Of a DNA stretch of 64,000 nucleotides, positions 31,859 through 41,500 are shown in pieces. The notes below the pieces were generated by a model. It made no database searches. It had not been told where the DNA came from and worked only from the letters and a program-made list of their open reading frames with translations. The DNA comes from an uncultured delta proteobacterium (GTDB taxonomy: Bacteria; Desulfobacterota; Binatia; UBA9968): the NCBI GenBank assembly GCA_963760795.1, contig CAVXEP010000013.1, positions 32,001 through 96,000 on the forward strand, read 5' to 3'. Both the position numbers and the translations under genes were made by a program. Position 1 is the first letter of the stretch; every line of letters begins with the position of its first letter.

Positions 31859-32788
31859 ATGGAAAAGCAATCTTATTGCCTCGCCATCGCACTCTGGGTC
31901 GCGACGCTCCTGCTTACAGCGGTTCTAAAAGCCGAAGCGCAAACGAAACCAGACACGAGCATCAAAACGCTCACGCTAGGGGCGGTTTTCCAAGACCCGC
32001 GCGCGCCGGTGGAGGAGCACTTTCGCCCTTTGGCGGCTTACGCAGCGCGCAAACTCTCGCCTTCGGGGGAAACTAAGGGAACGGTGGTCGTTGCGTCCAG
32101 CGCCGCGCAAATGATCAAATTGCTTGACGAGAAGCGTGTCGATTTCTACATGGAAAGTCCCCATCCCACCTATGTGATCAACCGCCTGGGCGCCGCCGCG
32201 CTGCTGCTCAGACGGTGGAAAGGCGGGATCGCTGAATATCGCAGCCTCATCTTCACCGGCAAAGAAAGCGGCATCGCCCGGCTCGACGAGCTGCGCGGCA
32301 AAATCATCGCGTTCGAAGACGCTGGGTCGACCTCCGGTTATTTTCTTCCCAAGCTTTTTCTCCTCAAGAAAGGATTTTCGGTAGTGGAAAAACCGAGTCT
32401 TGGAGCCAAAGTCGCCGCCGGCGAGATCGGTTATACTTTCGCCGGTACTGAAAAAAACGTCGTCAATCTCGTGCTGCAAAAGAAGGTGGCGGCGGGAGCC
32501 TTTAGTAACGACGATTATGCGAGCTTGGACGAAAATAACAAAGCGGCGATCTCGATCCTCGGTGAAAGCGAATCGATGCCGCGCCATCTCGTATCGGTGC
32601 GCAAGGATTTATCGGAGCCGGTCAAAAAGCGCCTCAAAGAAATTCTGCTTAACATGCATCACGACGACGAAGGGCAGAAAGTCCTGCGACTAATCGATAA
32701 CACGACAAAATTCGACTCCCTGCCGGGCGGCGAGGAATCAGTCAGGCGAAAGCTGGTGGAACTGTTTCGCCCCCGGGGCAAGAAATGA
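31859..32788 (+). CDS. PhnD-like phosphate/phosphonate substrate-binding protein
   Basis: EYRSLIF, LRGKIIAFEDAGSTSGYFLP. Confidence 0.85.
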   Translation: MEKQSYCLAIALWVATLLLTAVLKAEAQTKPDTSIKTLTLGAVFQDPRAPVEEHFRPLAAYAARKLSPSGETKGTVVVASSAAQMIKLLDEKRVDFYMESPHPTYVINRLGAAALLLRRWKGGIAEYRSLIFTGKESGIARLDELRGKIIAFEDAGSTSGYFLPKLFLLKKGFSVVEKPSLGAKVAAGEIGYTFAGTEKNVVNLVLQKKVAAGAFSNDDYASLDENNKAAISILGESESMPRHLVSVRKDLSEPVKKRLKEILLNMHHDDEGQKVLRLIDNTTKFDSLPGGEESVRRKLVELFRPRGKK

Positions 32789-32807
32789 TCGGTCCGCAAC
32801 TTGAATC

Positions 32808-33482
32808 GTGCAAGGGCTTCATAGGCTAAGCTTTAGAATATGCCAACACGAAAAGCTCGGACCTCACCACCAAACGGAGTCTGTCGAGGTCAGCCAATTC
32901 CGGCCGCACCCGTGGCACGGCTTACCCGCCGGCGCGGAACCGCCGGAACTCCTCAACGCCTATATCGAGATCACGCCCTTCGACCTGATGAAATATGAGG
33001 TCGATAAGGTTTCCGGTTATCTCCGAGTCGACCGGCCGCAACGCACCTCGGCGCAACCACCGACGCTCTACGGCTTCATTCCCCGAACCTACTGCAACGA
33101 GAAAGTGCGCCGGCTCGCCCCCGGATCGACACGCGGCGACGGCGATCCGCTGGATGTGTGCGTGCTCAGCGAGCGGACCATCGCGCGCAACGAGATCATC
33201 GTGCGCTGCCGGGTCATCGGCGGTTTGCAGATGATCGACCACGGCGAGGCCGACGATAAGATCATCGCCGTCTTGGACAACGACTACGTCTGGGGCCACG
33301 CCCGCAATATCGACGACGTCCCGGCGGTTTTCACTGAGCGACTCCAGCACTATTTCCTGACCTACAAGCTCGTGCCGGGAGAAAGAGCCAAAGTGCGCAT
33401 CGCCCAAACCTACGGCCGCAGTCACGCGCTTCGAGTGGTGCGCGCGGCGATGGCTGATTACCAAGCCAACTTCGTTCGATAA
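32808..33482 (+). CDS. ppa: Inorganic pyrophosphatase, family I (start uncertain)
   Basis: [33 protein letters not shown]. Confidence 0.92.
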   Translation: MQGLHRLSFRICQHEKLGPHHQTESVEVSQFRPHPWHGLPAGAEPPELLNAYIEITPFDLMKYEVDKVSGYLRVDRPQRTSAQPPTLYGFIPRTYCNEKVRRLAPGSTRGDGDPLDVCVLSERTIARNEIIVRCRVIGGLQMIDHGEADDKIIAVLDNDYVWGHARNIDDVPAVFTERLQHYFLTYKLVPGERAKVRIAQTYGRSHALRVVRAAMADYQANFVR

Positions 33483-33564
33483 AACGCCCACCGTTTCCTT
33501 GCATTGACATCGGAAGACTTGCTTAGCTAAGCTTGATTCAGAAATTATTCATGGGAGGCAGATT

Positions 33565-34536
33565 ATGAAAGCCATCCGCATCCACGAATTCGGCCAGTCG
33601 GAAGATGTTCTTAAATACGAAGACGTATCCGTCCCGGAACCCAAGGGCGGTGAGGTATTGATCAAGGTCGAAGCCGCGTCACTCAATCGCGCCGACCTGG
33701 GATTGCGCAAGGGAACCTATCGAATAGCCGCCGATGCGCTGCCGGTGACTCCAGGGCGGGAGTTTGCCGGAACGGTCGCCAAGCTCGGCGCCGGCGTCAG
33801 CGAATTCGCCGTGGGCCAGCGTGTCGTCGGTTATCCGAGTCTCGGCGGCTATGCCGAGTACGCCGTCGCAAAAGTCGCCGAAGTGCGGCCGGTGCCTGAC
33901 GGCGTTACCGCCGCGCAGGCCGCGGCGCTGCCGACCGCTTCGCTCACTGCATGGTTCGGTCTGAAGACTGACGGCGCTTTGAAATCCGGCGATTGGCTGC
34001 TCATCCAAGGCGGCAGCAGCGGCGTCGGCGTCGCGGCGATCCAGATCGCCAAGCATCTCGGCGCCCAAGTCATCGCCACCTCGGGCAGTGAAGTAAAATG
34101 CCGCAGACTGCGCCAGCTCGGCGCCGACGTAACCGTCGATGTGTCGGAAAATGACTTTCTAAGCGAAGTCATGCGGGTCACCGACAACCGCGGTGTCGAT
34201 GTCGTCCTCGAAATGATCGGCGGCGATGTCTATCAGAAAAGCCTGCAAGCGCTGGCGCCCGGTGGAAGGCTGGTTTCCATCGGCGGCGCCTTCGGCGCGG
34301 TTCCCGATCCGCCGCCGGCCCTGACCGAAGGCAGAAAAGCGACACGCTTTTCGATCACCAACTATTTGAAGACGAAACCGGAAGATTTCAAAGAGCTCGA
34401 CATCATTCTAAAACTTGTGCAGGAAAAGAAATTCGACGCCGGCATCGGCAAAACGTTTCCGTTGGCCGAAACCCGCGCCGCCCAGCGCTACCTCGAAGGG
34501 CGCGACCACTTCGGCAAAGTCATGCTATCAATGTAG
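33565..34536 (+). CDS. NADPH:quinone oxidoreductase (zeta-crystallin / MDR family)
   Basis: MKAIRIHEFG, GGYAEY, GGSSGVG, HFGKVML. Confidence 0.9.
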   Translation: MKAIRIHEFGQSEDVLKYEDVSVPEPKGGEVLIKVEAASLNRADLGLRKGTYRIAADALPVTPGREFAGTVAKLGAGVSEFAVGQRVVGYPSLGGYAEYAVAKVAEVRPVPDGVTAAQAAALPTASLTAWFGLKTDGALKSGDWLLIQGGSSGVGVAAIQIAKHLGAQVIATSGSEVKCRRLRQLGADVTVDVSENDFLSEVMRVTDNRGVDVVLEMIGGDVYQKSLQALAPGGRLVSIGGAFGAVPDPPPALTEGRKATRFSITNYLKTKPEDFKELDIILKLVQEKKFDAGIGKTFPLAETRAAQRYLEGRDHFGKVMLSM

Positions 34537-34542
34537 AAACGA

Positions 34543-34608
34543 TTGGAGTGATGGAGTATTGGAGTGATGGGAATTTCACACCCTTTACTCCAGCACTCCA
34601 ACCCTCCA
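34543..34608. repeat. Inverted octamer array (TGGAGTRW/ACTCCA)
   Basis: ttggagtgatggagtattggagtgatgg...tactccagcactccaaccctcca. Confidence 0.8.
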
Positions 34609-34614
34609 AGGAAG

Positions 34615-34734
34615 AAGTTCCCACGCGTCGACCATTTAGTTTTGAAAGTGAAGGATCTTGAGCGCTCGCGCAAGTTCTTCACCGAAGTCTTGGGCTTTCC
34701 CCAGGTCGGCGAGAACGACGGCATGCTGTCTTAG
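34615..34734 (+). pseudogene. N-terminal fragment of a VOC/glyoxalase protein
   Basis: RVDHLVLKVKDLERSRKFFTEVLGF...ML*; truncated after ~40 aa. Confidence 0.7.
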
Positions 34735-34808
34735 CACCGGCGCACTGTCCGAACTCCGCCAGGCAGTTCTGACTGGCCGCTTCCCCCGTGGTCTGCTAAA
34801 GTGGCCCA

Positions 34809-35864
34809 GTGAGCGTTTCACCTGAAAAAGCCAAGAGCGCACACGTGCAGCCACAGAATCCCGGCTTAGACCTAGCCGCGCTGGACGATGACACGTTGTT
34901 GCAGATGCGCATCTGCGATTTGAAGCTCAAAATCGCCGGCAGCGAGCTCGAATCGCGCATCGACAAATTCTACGCCGAGCTCACTGCCAGGGACATCGCG
35001 GTAAAACCGCTCTGCTACTTGGGCGACGAGTGGTTTTGCCCGGACGGCTCGGCGACCATCGCGATCCCCTTCTACCTCGCCCATCCGCGCTTGAAGCGGC
35101 TCGAAGCCAAGATGATGCTGGAAGTGGAAGGCGATACCGAGGCCTGGTGTCTGCGTCTGCTGCGCCACGAGATGGGCCATGTGGTCAACCACGCTTACTT
35201 GCTCAAGAAAGACAAACGCTGGCAGAAGCTGTTCGGTCCGCCGTCGTTGGAATACTCCGAAAGTTTTCGTGCCCGTCCCTACAGCAAGCGCTTCGTGCGC
35301 CATCTCGAAGGTTACTACGCCCAGAGCCACCCGGAGGAAGACTTCGCCGAAACCTTTGCCATATGGCTCACGCCCGACCTCGATTGGCGCCAGCAGTATC
35401 GCGATTGGAAGGCATTGGATAAATTGGAATATGTCGACAAGCTTATGCAAGAGCTCGCCGGCAAACCGCCATTGGTGTTTTCTAAATCGAAAATCAGCGA
35501 TGCCGCGCGCCTGCGTTCTCGGCTTGATGTCCACTACCGCCGCCGGCGCCGCACCTACGCCCAGGAATTCCCCGACTTTTTCGACGGCGACTTGCGCAAA
35601 CTATTTGTCGATTCCGAGGCGGCGCCGGATAGCGAGCGCGCCGCAACGTTCCTGCGCCGGTCGAACAAGTTGATTCTTAACGCCGTCTCCGCCTGGACCG
35701 GCGAGCCCAAGTTTACCATCAGCCGACTGCTGCGCGGCCTCACCGAACGCTGCAGCGAGCTCGATCTGCGCTTGAAGTCGCAATCGGCTCCCGTGGAAAT
35801 CACCGCCTATCTGGCGACTCTAGCGTCTCATTACCGGCTCACGGGAAAGTTTAAGGACACCTAA
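34809..35864 (+). CDS. Putative zinc-binding (zincin) metallopeptidase
   Basis: LLRHEMGH (HExxH), YAQSHPEEDFAETFA. Confidence 0.85.
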   Translation: MSVSPEKAKSAHVQPQNPGLDLAALDDDTLLQMRICDLKLKIAGSELESRIDKFYAELTARDIAVKPLCYLGDEWFCPDGSATIAIPFYLAHPRLKRLEAKMMLEVEGDTEAWCLRLLRHEMGHVVNHAYLLKKDKRWQKLFGPPSLEYSESFRARPYSKRFVRHLEGYYAQSHPEEDFAETFAIWLTPDLDWRQQYRDWKALDKLEYVDKLMQELAGKPPLVFSKSKISDAARLRSRLDVHYRRRRRTYAQEFPDFFDGDLRKLFVDSEAAPDSERAATFLRRSNKLILNAVSAWTGEPKFTISRLLRGLTERCSELDLRLKSQSAPVEITAYLATLASHYRLTGKFKDT

Positions 35865-35867
35865 GTC

Positions 35868-36893
35868 ATGGCGCAAGCCAAGAAACGTTACAAAGTTCTC
35901 GTCCTGTTCGGCAGCGCTGGCACACCGCCGGCCAACCAAGATTTCACTAAGGAATTAAAGACCGAGGATTTCGCCGCCGAAGCCCATGTCATCGAGGCGC
36001 TGAAAACCGTCGGCCATGAAGTGCGCACTCTGGGTGTTTGGGACGAAGCCTCGCTGATCATCGACGAGATCAAAGCCAACCCGCCGGATGTCGTGTTCAA
36101 TCTCACCGAGCATTTCAACGAGATCTCCGCCTACGACCGCAACGTCGCCGGGCTACTGGAAATGATGGCCGTGCCCTATACCGGCTCGAGTCCGACCGGA
36201 CTTACACTGTGCAAAAACAAAGGCATGGCGAAGGAGCTGCTCGCCTATCACAAAATTCGCGTGCCCAATTTTGCCATTTACTCGCCGGGCGCGACGATCA
36301 AGCGGCCGAGCCGCCTCAAGTTTCCGCTGTTTATCAAACCCGCCGAAGAGGAAGCGTCCTACGGTATCTCGCTCGATTCTTTCGTTGAGGACGACGATTC
36401 ATTCGACGAACGCATTCGATTCATTCACGAGCGCATGAACCAACCGGCCTTGGCCGAGGAATATATCGAGGGGCGGGAGATCTATGTCAGTCTGCTCGGC
36501 AACGACCGGCTTCGAGTTTTTCCATTCCGTGAGGTGATTTTCAACGCGATGCCCGAAGGCCAACCGAAATTCTCCACCTTCAAAGCCAAGTGGGACGACG
36601 CCTACCGCAAGCGCTGGGGCATTCAGAACGTCTTCGCCGAACCCTTCCCCAACGGCATCGACCAACGTATTGGCAACATCTGCAAAGCCGTCTATCGCGC
36701 CCTGCGCATCCGCGGTTATGGCCGTATCGACCTGCGGGTGACGCCGGCGGGGGAAATCGTTGTCCTCGAAGCCAACCCCAATCCCAACCTCGACCGCGAC
36801 GATGAGTTCGCCCAGTCGGCGATGAAAGCGGGGATCAGCTTTCCGCATGTAGTGCAGAGAATTCTCAAGCTGGCGCTAACCGCGCCTCACTAA
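35868..36893 (+). CDS. D-Ala-D-Ala ligase-like ATP-grasp protein
   Basis: VPYTGS, PLFIKP, EEYIEGRE, YGRIDLR, LEANPNP. Confidence 0.88.
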   Translation: MAQAKKRYKVLVLFGSAGTPPANQDFTKELKTEDFAAEAHVIEALKTVGHEVRTLGVWDEASLIIDEIKANPPDVVFNLTEHFNEISAYDRNVAGLLEMMAVPYTGSSPTGLTLCKNKGMAKELLAYHKIRVPNFAIYSPGATIKRPSRLKFPLFIKPAEEEASYGISLDSFVEDDDSFDERIRFIHERMNQPALAEEYIEGREIYVSLLGNDRLRVFPFREVIFNAMPEGQPKFSTFKAKWDDAYRKRWGIQNVFAEPFPNGIDQRIGNICKAVYRALRIRGYGRIDLRVTPAGEIVVLEANPNPNLDRDDEFAQSAMKAGISFPHVVQRILKLALTAPH

Positions 36894-36902
36894 CACCGAA
36901 AT

Positions 36903-37508
36903 ATGGAATTTCTCATCTTTGCTTTTATGGGTAGTCTCGCAGCGTACGCACTCTATTTGACGTTTCGTGGCCACAGTAGTCCAATCACCGACCCTACGCT
37001 CGGACTCTTGAATATTGGCGGAGATACCTTTACGCAGCTTATGGAAGAAGACCGTGCATCCCTCGATCCGCTGTTTCCGAGAGTGGAGGTTGGCAGCGGA
37101 TTGCAGATCCCGAAATGCGACGTGCTGTTCGTCTACACCGACATCGCCTCGGATGGCCAGATCGGTCTTGGCAAGGGTTTAACGATTCGGCACTTAGCCG
37201 GACGTGCAGCCGCTTCGATCATCGTGCTCGCTGCTCCGAATTCATGGGAACATATTGCTCAAGCGGTGAAACAAGATGGCCCCAAACGCGCCAACCTCGT
37301 ATGTACCAGAGACCGCAAGGGCTCGGTTTTTTCGTCGTTCTTTCGAAAACTCTTCGAACTGATGCGGGCAGGGAAATCCATGCCCATGGCATGGAACTCG
37401 CTCGCCCCGCAAGTACCCAGTCAAGTCGATCCTCACACCGACGTGCCCGAGACGGTCGCCATCCTAGAAGCGGGGCAAGTAAAGTTTACTTGGACCAACC
37501 CGAAATAA
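36903..37508 (+). CDS. Hypothetical protein with N-terminal membrane anchor
   Basis: 201-aa ORF with hydrophobic N-terminus; codon usage more AT-rich than neighbours. Confidence 0.6.
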   Translation: MEFLIFAFMGSLAAYALYLTFRGHSSPITDPTLGLLNIGGDTFTQLMEEDRASLDPLFPRVEVGSGLQIPKCDVLFVYTDIASDGQIGLGKGLTIRHLAGRAAASIIVLAAPNSWEHIAQAVKQDGPKRANLVCTRDRKGSVFSSFFRKLFELMRAGKSMPMAWNSLAPQVPSQVDPHTDVPETVAILEAGQVKFTWTNPK

Positions 37509-37531
37509 CGATTGCTTCGGAATCTGCGCTT

Positions 37532-37723
37532 TCAGTTCAACCACTCGTCGACTTTTCCCGCCATCACTTCATCGAGGATTTCCTTGCAATCGGCAATCGC
37601 CTTATCGACTATGGGCGGCTCCTTGACATGGGGAATTCCTTGTTTTACCGCGCCATAAAGCGCCTGCACAATTGCCTTTAAGTGTTCATCCATCTCATCC
37701 AAATTCGCTGCGGCCTGTGGCAT
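37532..37723 (-). CDS. 63-aa acidic helical protein
   Basis: GGAG RBS; starts 14 bp after the stop of the PaaA-like gene. Confidence 0.7.
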   Translation of the reverse strand: MPQAAANLDEMDEHLKAIVQALYGAVKQGIPHVKEPPIVDKAIADCKEILDEVMAGKVDEWLN

Positions 37724-37737
37724 GGTTTCTCCATTCG

Positions 37738-38454
37738 CTAGATGTAACGGCGCCCTTTGTTGGGGTCAGGAATCTGCAAACCCATTTGCCTGAGAATCGG
37801 TCCGACCTCATTGATATAATCTTCGCGCGCCTGCTGATTGGTGCGGCGCTTCAAACCCCAGTGGCGATAGCGCTCGGACTTCTTAGAATCTGCCCGGCCG
37901 AACATATCGAGGGCGCGCACATACCAATAATCCACCGCCTTTTGCGCCTTAGCCTTGCCCTCGTCACCCGACACGATCAGCTCTAAGGTTTTGTTGTAAC
38001 CGTACTCAATATGTCCACGCTCTTCGGTGACGATGTCGGGTAGAATGCGCTGCAGCGGCAAATAGCTGCAATCGTAGAACTCTTCCAACTGATAGCGCCC
38101 GACGCGATCGACGAGAAAGCCGAACACAGAGTTATCTTCCCAGGTGGTAATCGAACCGCGAAAGGCGTCGACGAAACGTTTTTCATTGGGCTGGCTCAAA
38201 ACAAAAGATACATCGACGCCAATATCGCCAGCGACGCGCGCGACTTTACGATAATGATCGATCTCTTCCGCCGCCGTGCGCGCGACGATCAATTGATCGA
38301 GCTTGGTCGGCGCCGCCGGCAACATCTTCTCGACATACAAATGCGGCCCGCCAATCTCGCAGTCCGCTTGGATGGTCAACACGTGGCCCAAGAGCTCCTT
38401 GTACTCCGGCGCCATTTTGTCGAAGTCTTTCAGTTCGATCTTGTCGGTGAACAT
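37738..38454 (-). CDS. PaaA/PaaC-family ferritin-like di-iron protein (aryl-CoA epoxidase-like)
   Basis: QADCE, EEIDH, EERGH, SYLPL, WYVRALDMFG, WGLKRRTN. Confidence 0.82.
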   Translation of the reverse strand: MFTDKIELKDFDKMAPEYKELLGHVLTIQADCEIGGPHLYVEKMLPAAPTKLDQLIVARTAAEEIDHYRKVARVAGDIGVDVSFVLSQPNEKRFVDAFRGSITTWEDNSVFGFLVDRVGRYQLEEFYDCSYLPLQRILPDIVTEERGHIEYGYNKTLELIVSGDEGKAKAQKAVDYWYVRALDMFGRADSKKSERYRHWGLKRRTNQQAREDYINEVGPILRQMGLQIPDPNKGRRYI

Positions 38455-38516
38455 TTTCCCCTCCCGCGAATTTCAAAATCCCATTCCAGACTCATCAGAA
38501 TGTTGAAAGAAGATTC

Positions 38517-38532
38517 AGCAAGAGAAGTGCCA
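38517..38532 (-). promoter_or_regulatory. Sigma-54 (-24/-12) promoter
   Basis: Minus strand TGGCAC-TTCTC-TTGCT, a consensus match ~60 bp upstream of the PaaA-like gene. Confidence 0.8.
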
Positions 38533-38693
38533 GTGCAGAAGCTGGTTTTTCAGGGGAAAGATCACCCAAATTGCCAATCCTTTTCTCAATACTCGGAGAA
38601 GTGAGCTTGCGCTTTCCCACAAATCAGAAATTCTGCTCGGGTTGGCAGGACGGATGCGGGAGCAAATAATCATGGCGGCGGCCATTCAGGCCG

Positions 38694-38731
38694 AAAAAAA
38701 AGGGCGGCCGTTGCTCACGGCCGCCCCTTTT
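38694..38731 (-). terminator. Intrinsic terminator downstream of the UbiD gene
   Basis: A8-GGGCGGCCGT-tgctc-ACGGCCGCCC-CTTTT. Confidence 0.85.
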
Positions 38732-38752
38732 CAACTTCAGTCGAAATTCGAC

Positions 38753-40243
38753 TTATCCTTCGATAAGCTTCTTATACTTGTTGTAGATCTTCGCGCGCAG
38801 CTCGGGGGACGACTCGGCCACCGGCGGGAAGTCTTTGAGCCACTCGAAGGGACGGCAGGCATCGATCACGGCGCGGGAATTGAAGCCCTTCTTCGACGGA
38901 TGGATGCGCGGATCGAGGGGGCCGCTCCAGCAGCGGCGCAGAATCTCGATGGACTCCACCGGATCGGATCGGCTGGACAAGGCCCAGAGCACGTCGAAGG
39001 TGTTGGTCGGATCGATATCCTCGTCGACGACGATGACGTAGCGGCCGAGATAAGCGCCGGCATGAACTTGCGAAGCGACCAACATGGCTTGACGGGCATG
39101 ACCGGGATAGCGCTGTTTGATCGAAATGATGTTCAACAAGCGGCCGCCGCCAGCCTCGTGACACCACACGCCGCGCACATCGGGCACGCCGGCTTTTTCC
39201 ACCTGTTCCCAGATCAACGACGCCTTCACCATGCACTTGGCGATGGAATAATCTGACGGCGGACGACCGGGCCGGGCGCAGCACAGGATCGGGTCGTTGC
39301 GATAATAAATATTTTCAACTCGAATGACCGGCTCCGGGCGGCTGGAGCTGGCATAGTAACCGGTCCATTCGCCGAACGGACCTTCGGTCTTGCGGTCGGT
39401 GGGGTCCATCCAACCTTCGATGACGATTTCCGCGTTGGCGGCAAAGGGCAATCCGGTGGAACGGCCTTCAATGACTTCGATGGGCGCGCCTTTGAGGCCG
39501 CCGGCATAATCGAACTCGCCAACGCCGTAATCGATTTCGTTACCGGAGACCATGAACAACACCGGATCTTGGCCGACGGAGACAACGACCGGGCAGGGCT
39601 TGCCGCGCTCGAAATATTTGTTGCGCTGAATGCTGCCATGCTTGCCGGGCGAGATGTACAAGCCCATGCTGTTTTTGTCATGGACCATGCCTCGGTATGC
39701 GCCGAAATTGACCCAACCTTCATCGGGGTCGCGGGTCGTGACCAAACATGCGGTGCCGATGAAACGGCCGCCGTCGAGCTCATGCATGAACGGCACGGGG
39801 AACTTGAGCAAGTCGACCTTGTCGCCGGAATCGACATTTTCTAGAATCGGTCCCTTGGTGACGACCTTATGTTTGATCGGTTCGAGATTGACTAACTTCT
39901 GGCGGAAGGCGCGCACCAAATCCAAATTGGACAAGCTCATGTCCAAACCCAAGTTGAGCGCCATTCTCTTGAACGATGCATTCTGGGCAAACAGGGTGCG
40001 GAAACCCTTCGGGTAGCCGGGAACGTTATCGAAAAGCACTGCCGGCGTGGGACCGTCCTTGGACTCGTGAGCAAAGATCTCGGCGAGAGTGCCCATTTCG
40101 AGATTCCAGTCGACGCCGTCGACTTTTTTCAGCTCGCCCATGCTGTCGACGATTTCCAACCAATCGCGCAGATCGTTGTACTTTGGCGTCTTCCCTGCCT
40201 TCATATCGTCTTCGGCTAATTTTCTAGCCTCTAGTGCTGTCAT
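38753..40243 (-). CDS. UbiD-family (prFMN-dependent) decarboxylase
   Basis: PAVLFDNVPGY, DGGRFIGT, NFGAYR, EGPFGEWTGYY, VVDEDIDP. Confidence 0.92.
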   Translation of the reverse strand: MTALEARKLAEDDMKAGKTPKYNDLRDWLEIVDSMGELKKVDGVDWNLEMGTLAEIFAHESKDGPTPAVLFDNVPGYPKGFRTLFAQNASFKRMALNLGLDMSLSNLDLVRAFRQKLVNLEPIKHKVVTKGPILENVDSGDKVDLLKFPVPFMHELDGGRFIGTACLVTTRDPDEGWVNFGAYRGMVHDKNSMGLYISPGKHGSIQRNKYFERGKPCPVVVSVGQDPVLFMVSGNEIDYGVGEFDYAGGLKGAPIEVIEGRSTGLPFAANAEIVIEGWMDPTDRKTEGPFGEWTGYYASSSRPEPVIRVENIYYRNDPILCCARPGRPPSDYSIAKCMVKASLIWEQVEKAGVPDVRGVWCHEAGGGRLLNIISIKQRYPGHARQAMLVASQVHAGAYLGRYVIVVDEDIDPTNTFDVLWALSSRSDPVESIEILRRCWSGPLDPRIHPSKKGFNSRAVIDACRPFEWLKDFPPVAESSPELRAKIYNKYKKLIEG

Positions 40244-40284
40244 TTAATTAACTCTCCTTTCAAATTCCGCTTTTGCGGGGCATT

Positions 40285-41433
40285 CTAGTCCCCCAACATC
40301 GAATCATCAACACCCTCCCTATCATCAGCCGGCAGACCGTTGCAGCTGGCCGGATCGAGATGGAGGTAAACAGTATCGCCAACGCTCACGGCGTTAAACG
40401 GATGGGTATGCACCGCCACTAAATCATCGCCGACAGCGACCTTGCACTGATAAGAATCGCCCATGAAGATCGCCTCTCTGATGATGCCATCAACGATGTT
40501 CTCCAATCCCTGCGGCTTATCCTTATACAGCGGGATATTTTCCGGGCGGATCGAGATCACCGCGGCTTGGTCCTTCTTCAGTCCGGGCGCGGGAATGAAA
40601 CTTAAAATACCCTTCTTGGTCTGCATCTTGCCCGGCCGGGAGTCGCCGTCGACTTCCAGCACCTTGCCATTGATCAGGTTGGTCAAGCCCAGAAACGTCG
40701 CGGTAAAGCGCCGTTTGGGCCGGGTATAGAGCTGGTGCGGCGCCCCCACTTCGATCAGCACGCCGCCATGCATGACGGCGATCTGGTCCGAGATCGCCAG
40801 CGCTTCGGCTTGATCGTGGGTGACGAAAATCGTCGTGATGTTGGTGCGGCGTTGCAGCGCTTTGATCTCGGAACGCATCTGCACACGCAGCTTGGCGTCC
40901 AGGTTACTTAAGGGCTCGTCCAGCAGCATGACCTTGGGCTCATTGATCAGTGCGCGGGCAAAGGCGACACGCTGTTGCTGACCGCCGGAGAGCTTCGGCG
41001 CGGGGCGGTCTTCCAAGCCGTCCAGGCCGACGATCTTCAAAACTTCACCCACCCGCTTTTTGATCTCATCCTTAGACTTACGTTGAATGGTCAACGGATA
41101 AGCGACATTTTCTGCCACGGTCATATGCGGCCAGATGGCGTATGACTGGAACACCATGCCGATGGGCCGCTTGTTGGTCGGCACGTAGACGCGCTCGCCG
41201 GAGGCGTACACGGTCTGGCCGCCGATGCTGATCTTACCGCCGTCCGGCCGCTCTAGACCTGCGACACAGCGCAAGGTCGTGGTCTTGCCGCAGCCGCTGG
41301 GGCCCAAGAAGGTGTAGAGCGATCCTTCCGGTACGTTGAGCGACACGCCTTTGAGGACATGCACCCGTTCTTTATCTTCGCCGAAGTACTTCTCCAGCGA
41401 TTCGATCTGCACCATGTCTCTTGCTTCAGCCAT
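40285..41433 (-). CDS. ABC ATP-binding protein (FbpC/PotA-type with TOBE domain)
   Basis: GPSGCGKT, LSGGQQQR, LLDEPLSNLD. Confidence 0.93.
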   Translation of the reverse strand: MAEARDMVQIESLEKYFGEDKERVHVLKGVSLNVPEGSLYTFLGPSGCGKTTTLRCVAGLERPDGGKISIGGQTVYASGERVYVPTNKRPIGMVFQSYAIWPHMTVAENVAYPLTIQRKSKDEIKKRVGEVLKIVGLDGLEDRPAPKLSGGQQQRVAFARALINEPKVMLLDEPLSNLDAKLRVQMRSEIKALQRRTNITTIFVTHDQAEALAISDQIAVMHGGVLIEVGAPHQLYTRPKRRFTATFLGLTNLINGKVLEVDGDSRPGKMQTKKGILSFIPAPGLKKDQAAVISIRPENIPLYKDKPQGLENIVDGIIREAIFMGDSYQCKVAVGDDLVAVHTHPFNAVSVGDTVYLHLDPASCNGLPADDREGVDDSMLGD

Positions 41434-41500
41434 ATGATTATTCTCCCTTGGTTCCCGTAGCCGTAGGTGCCGGGAACTGTCAGTGCATTAAGTCGGCAAA

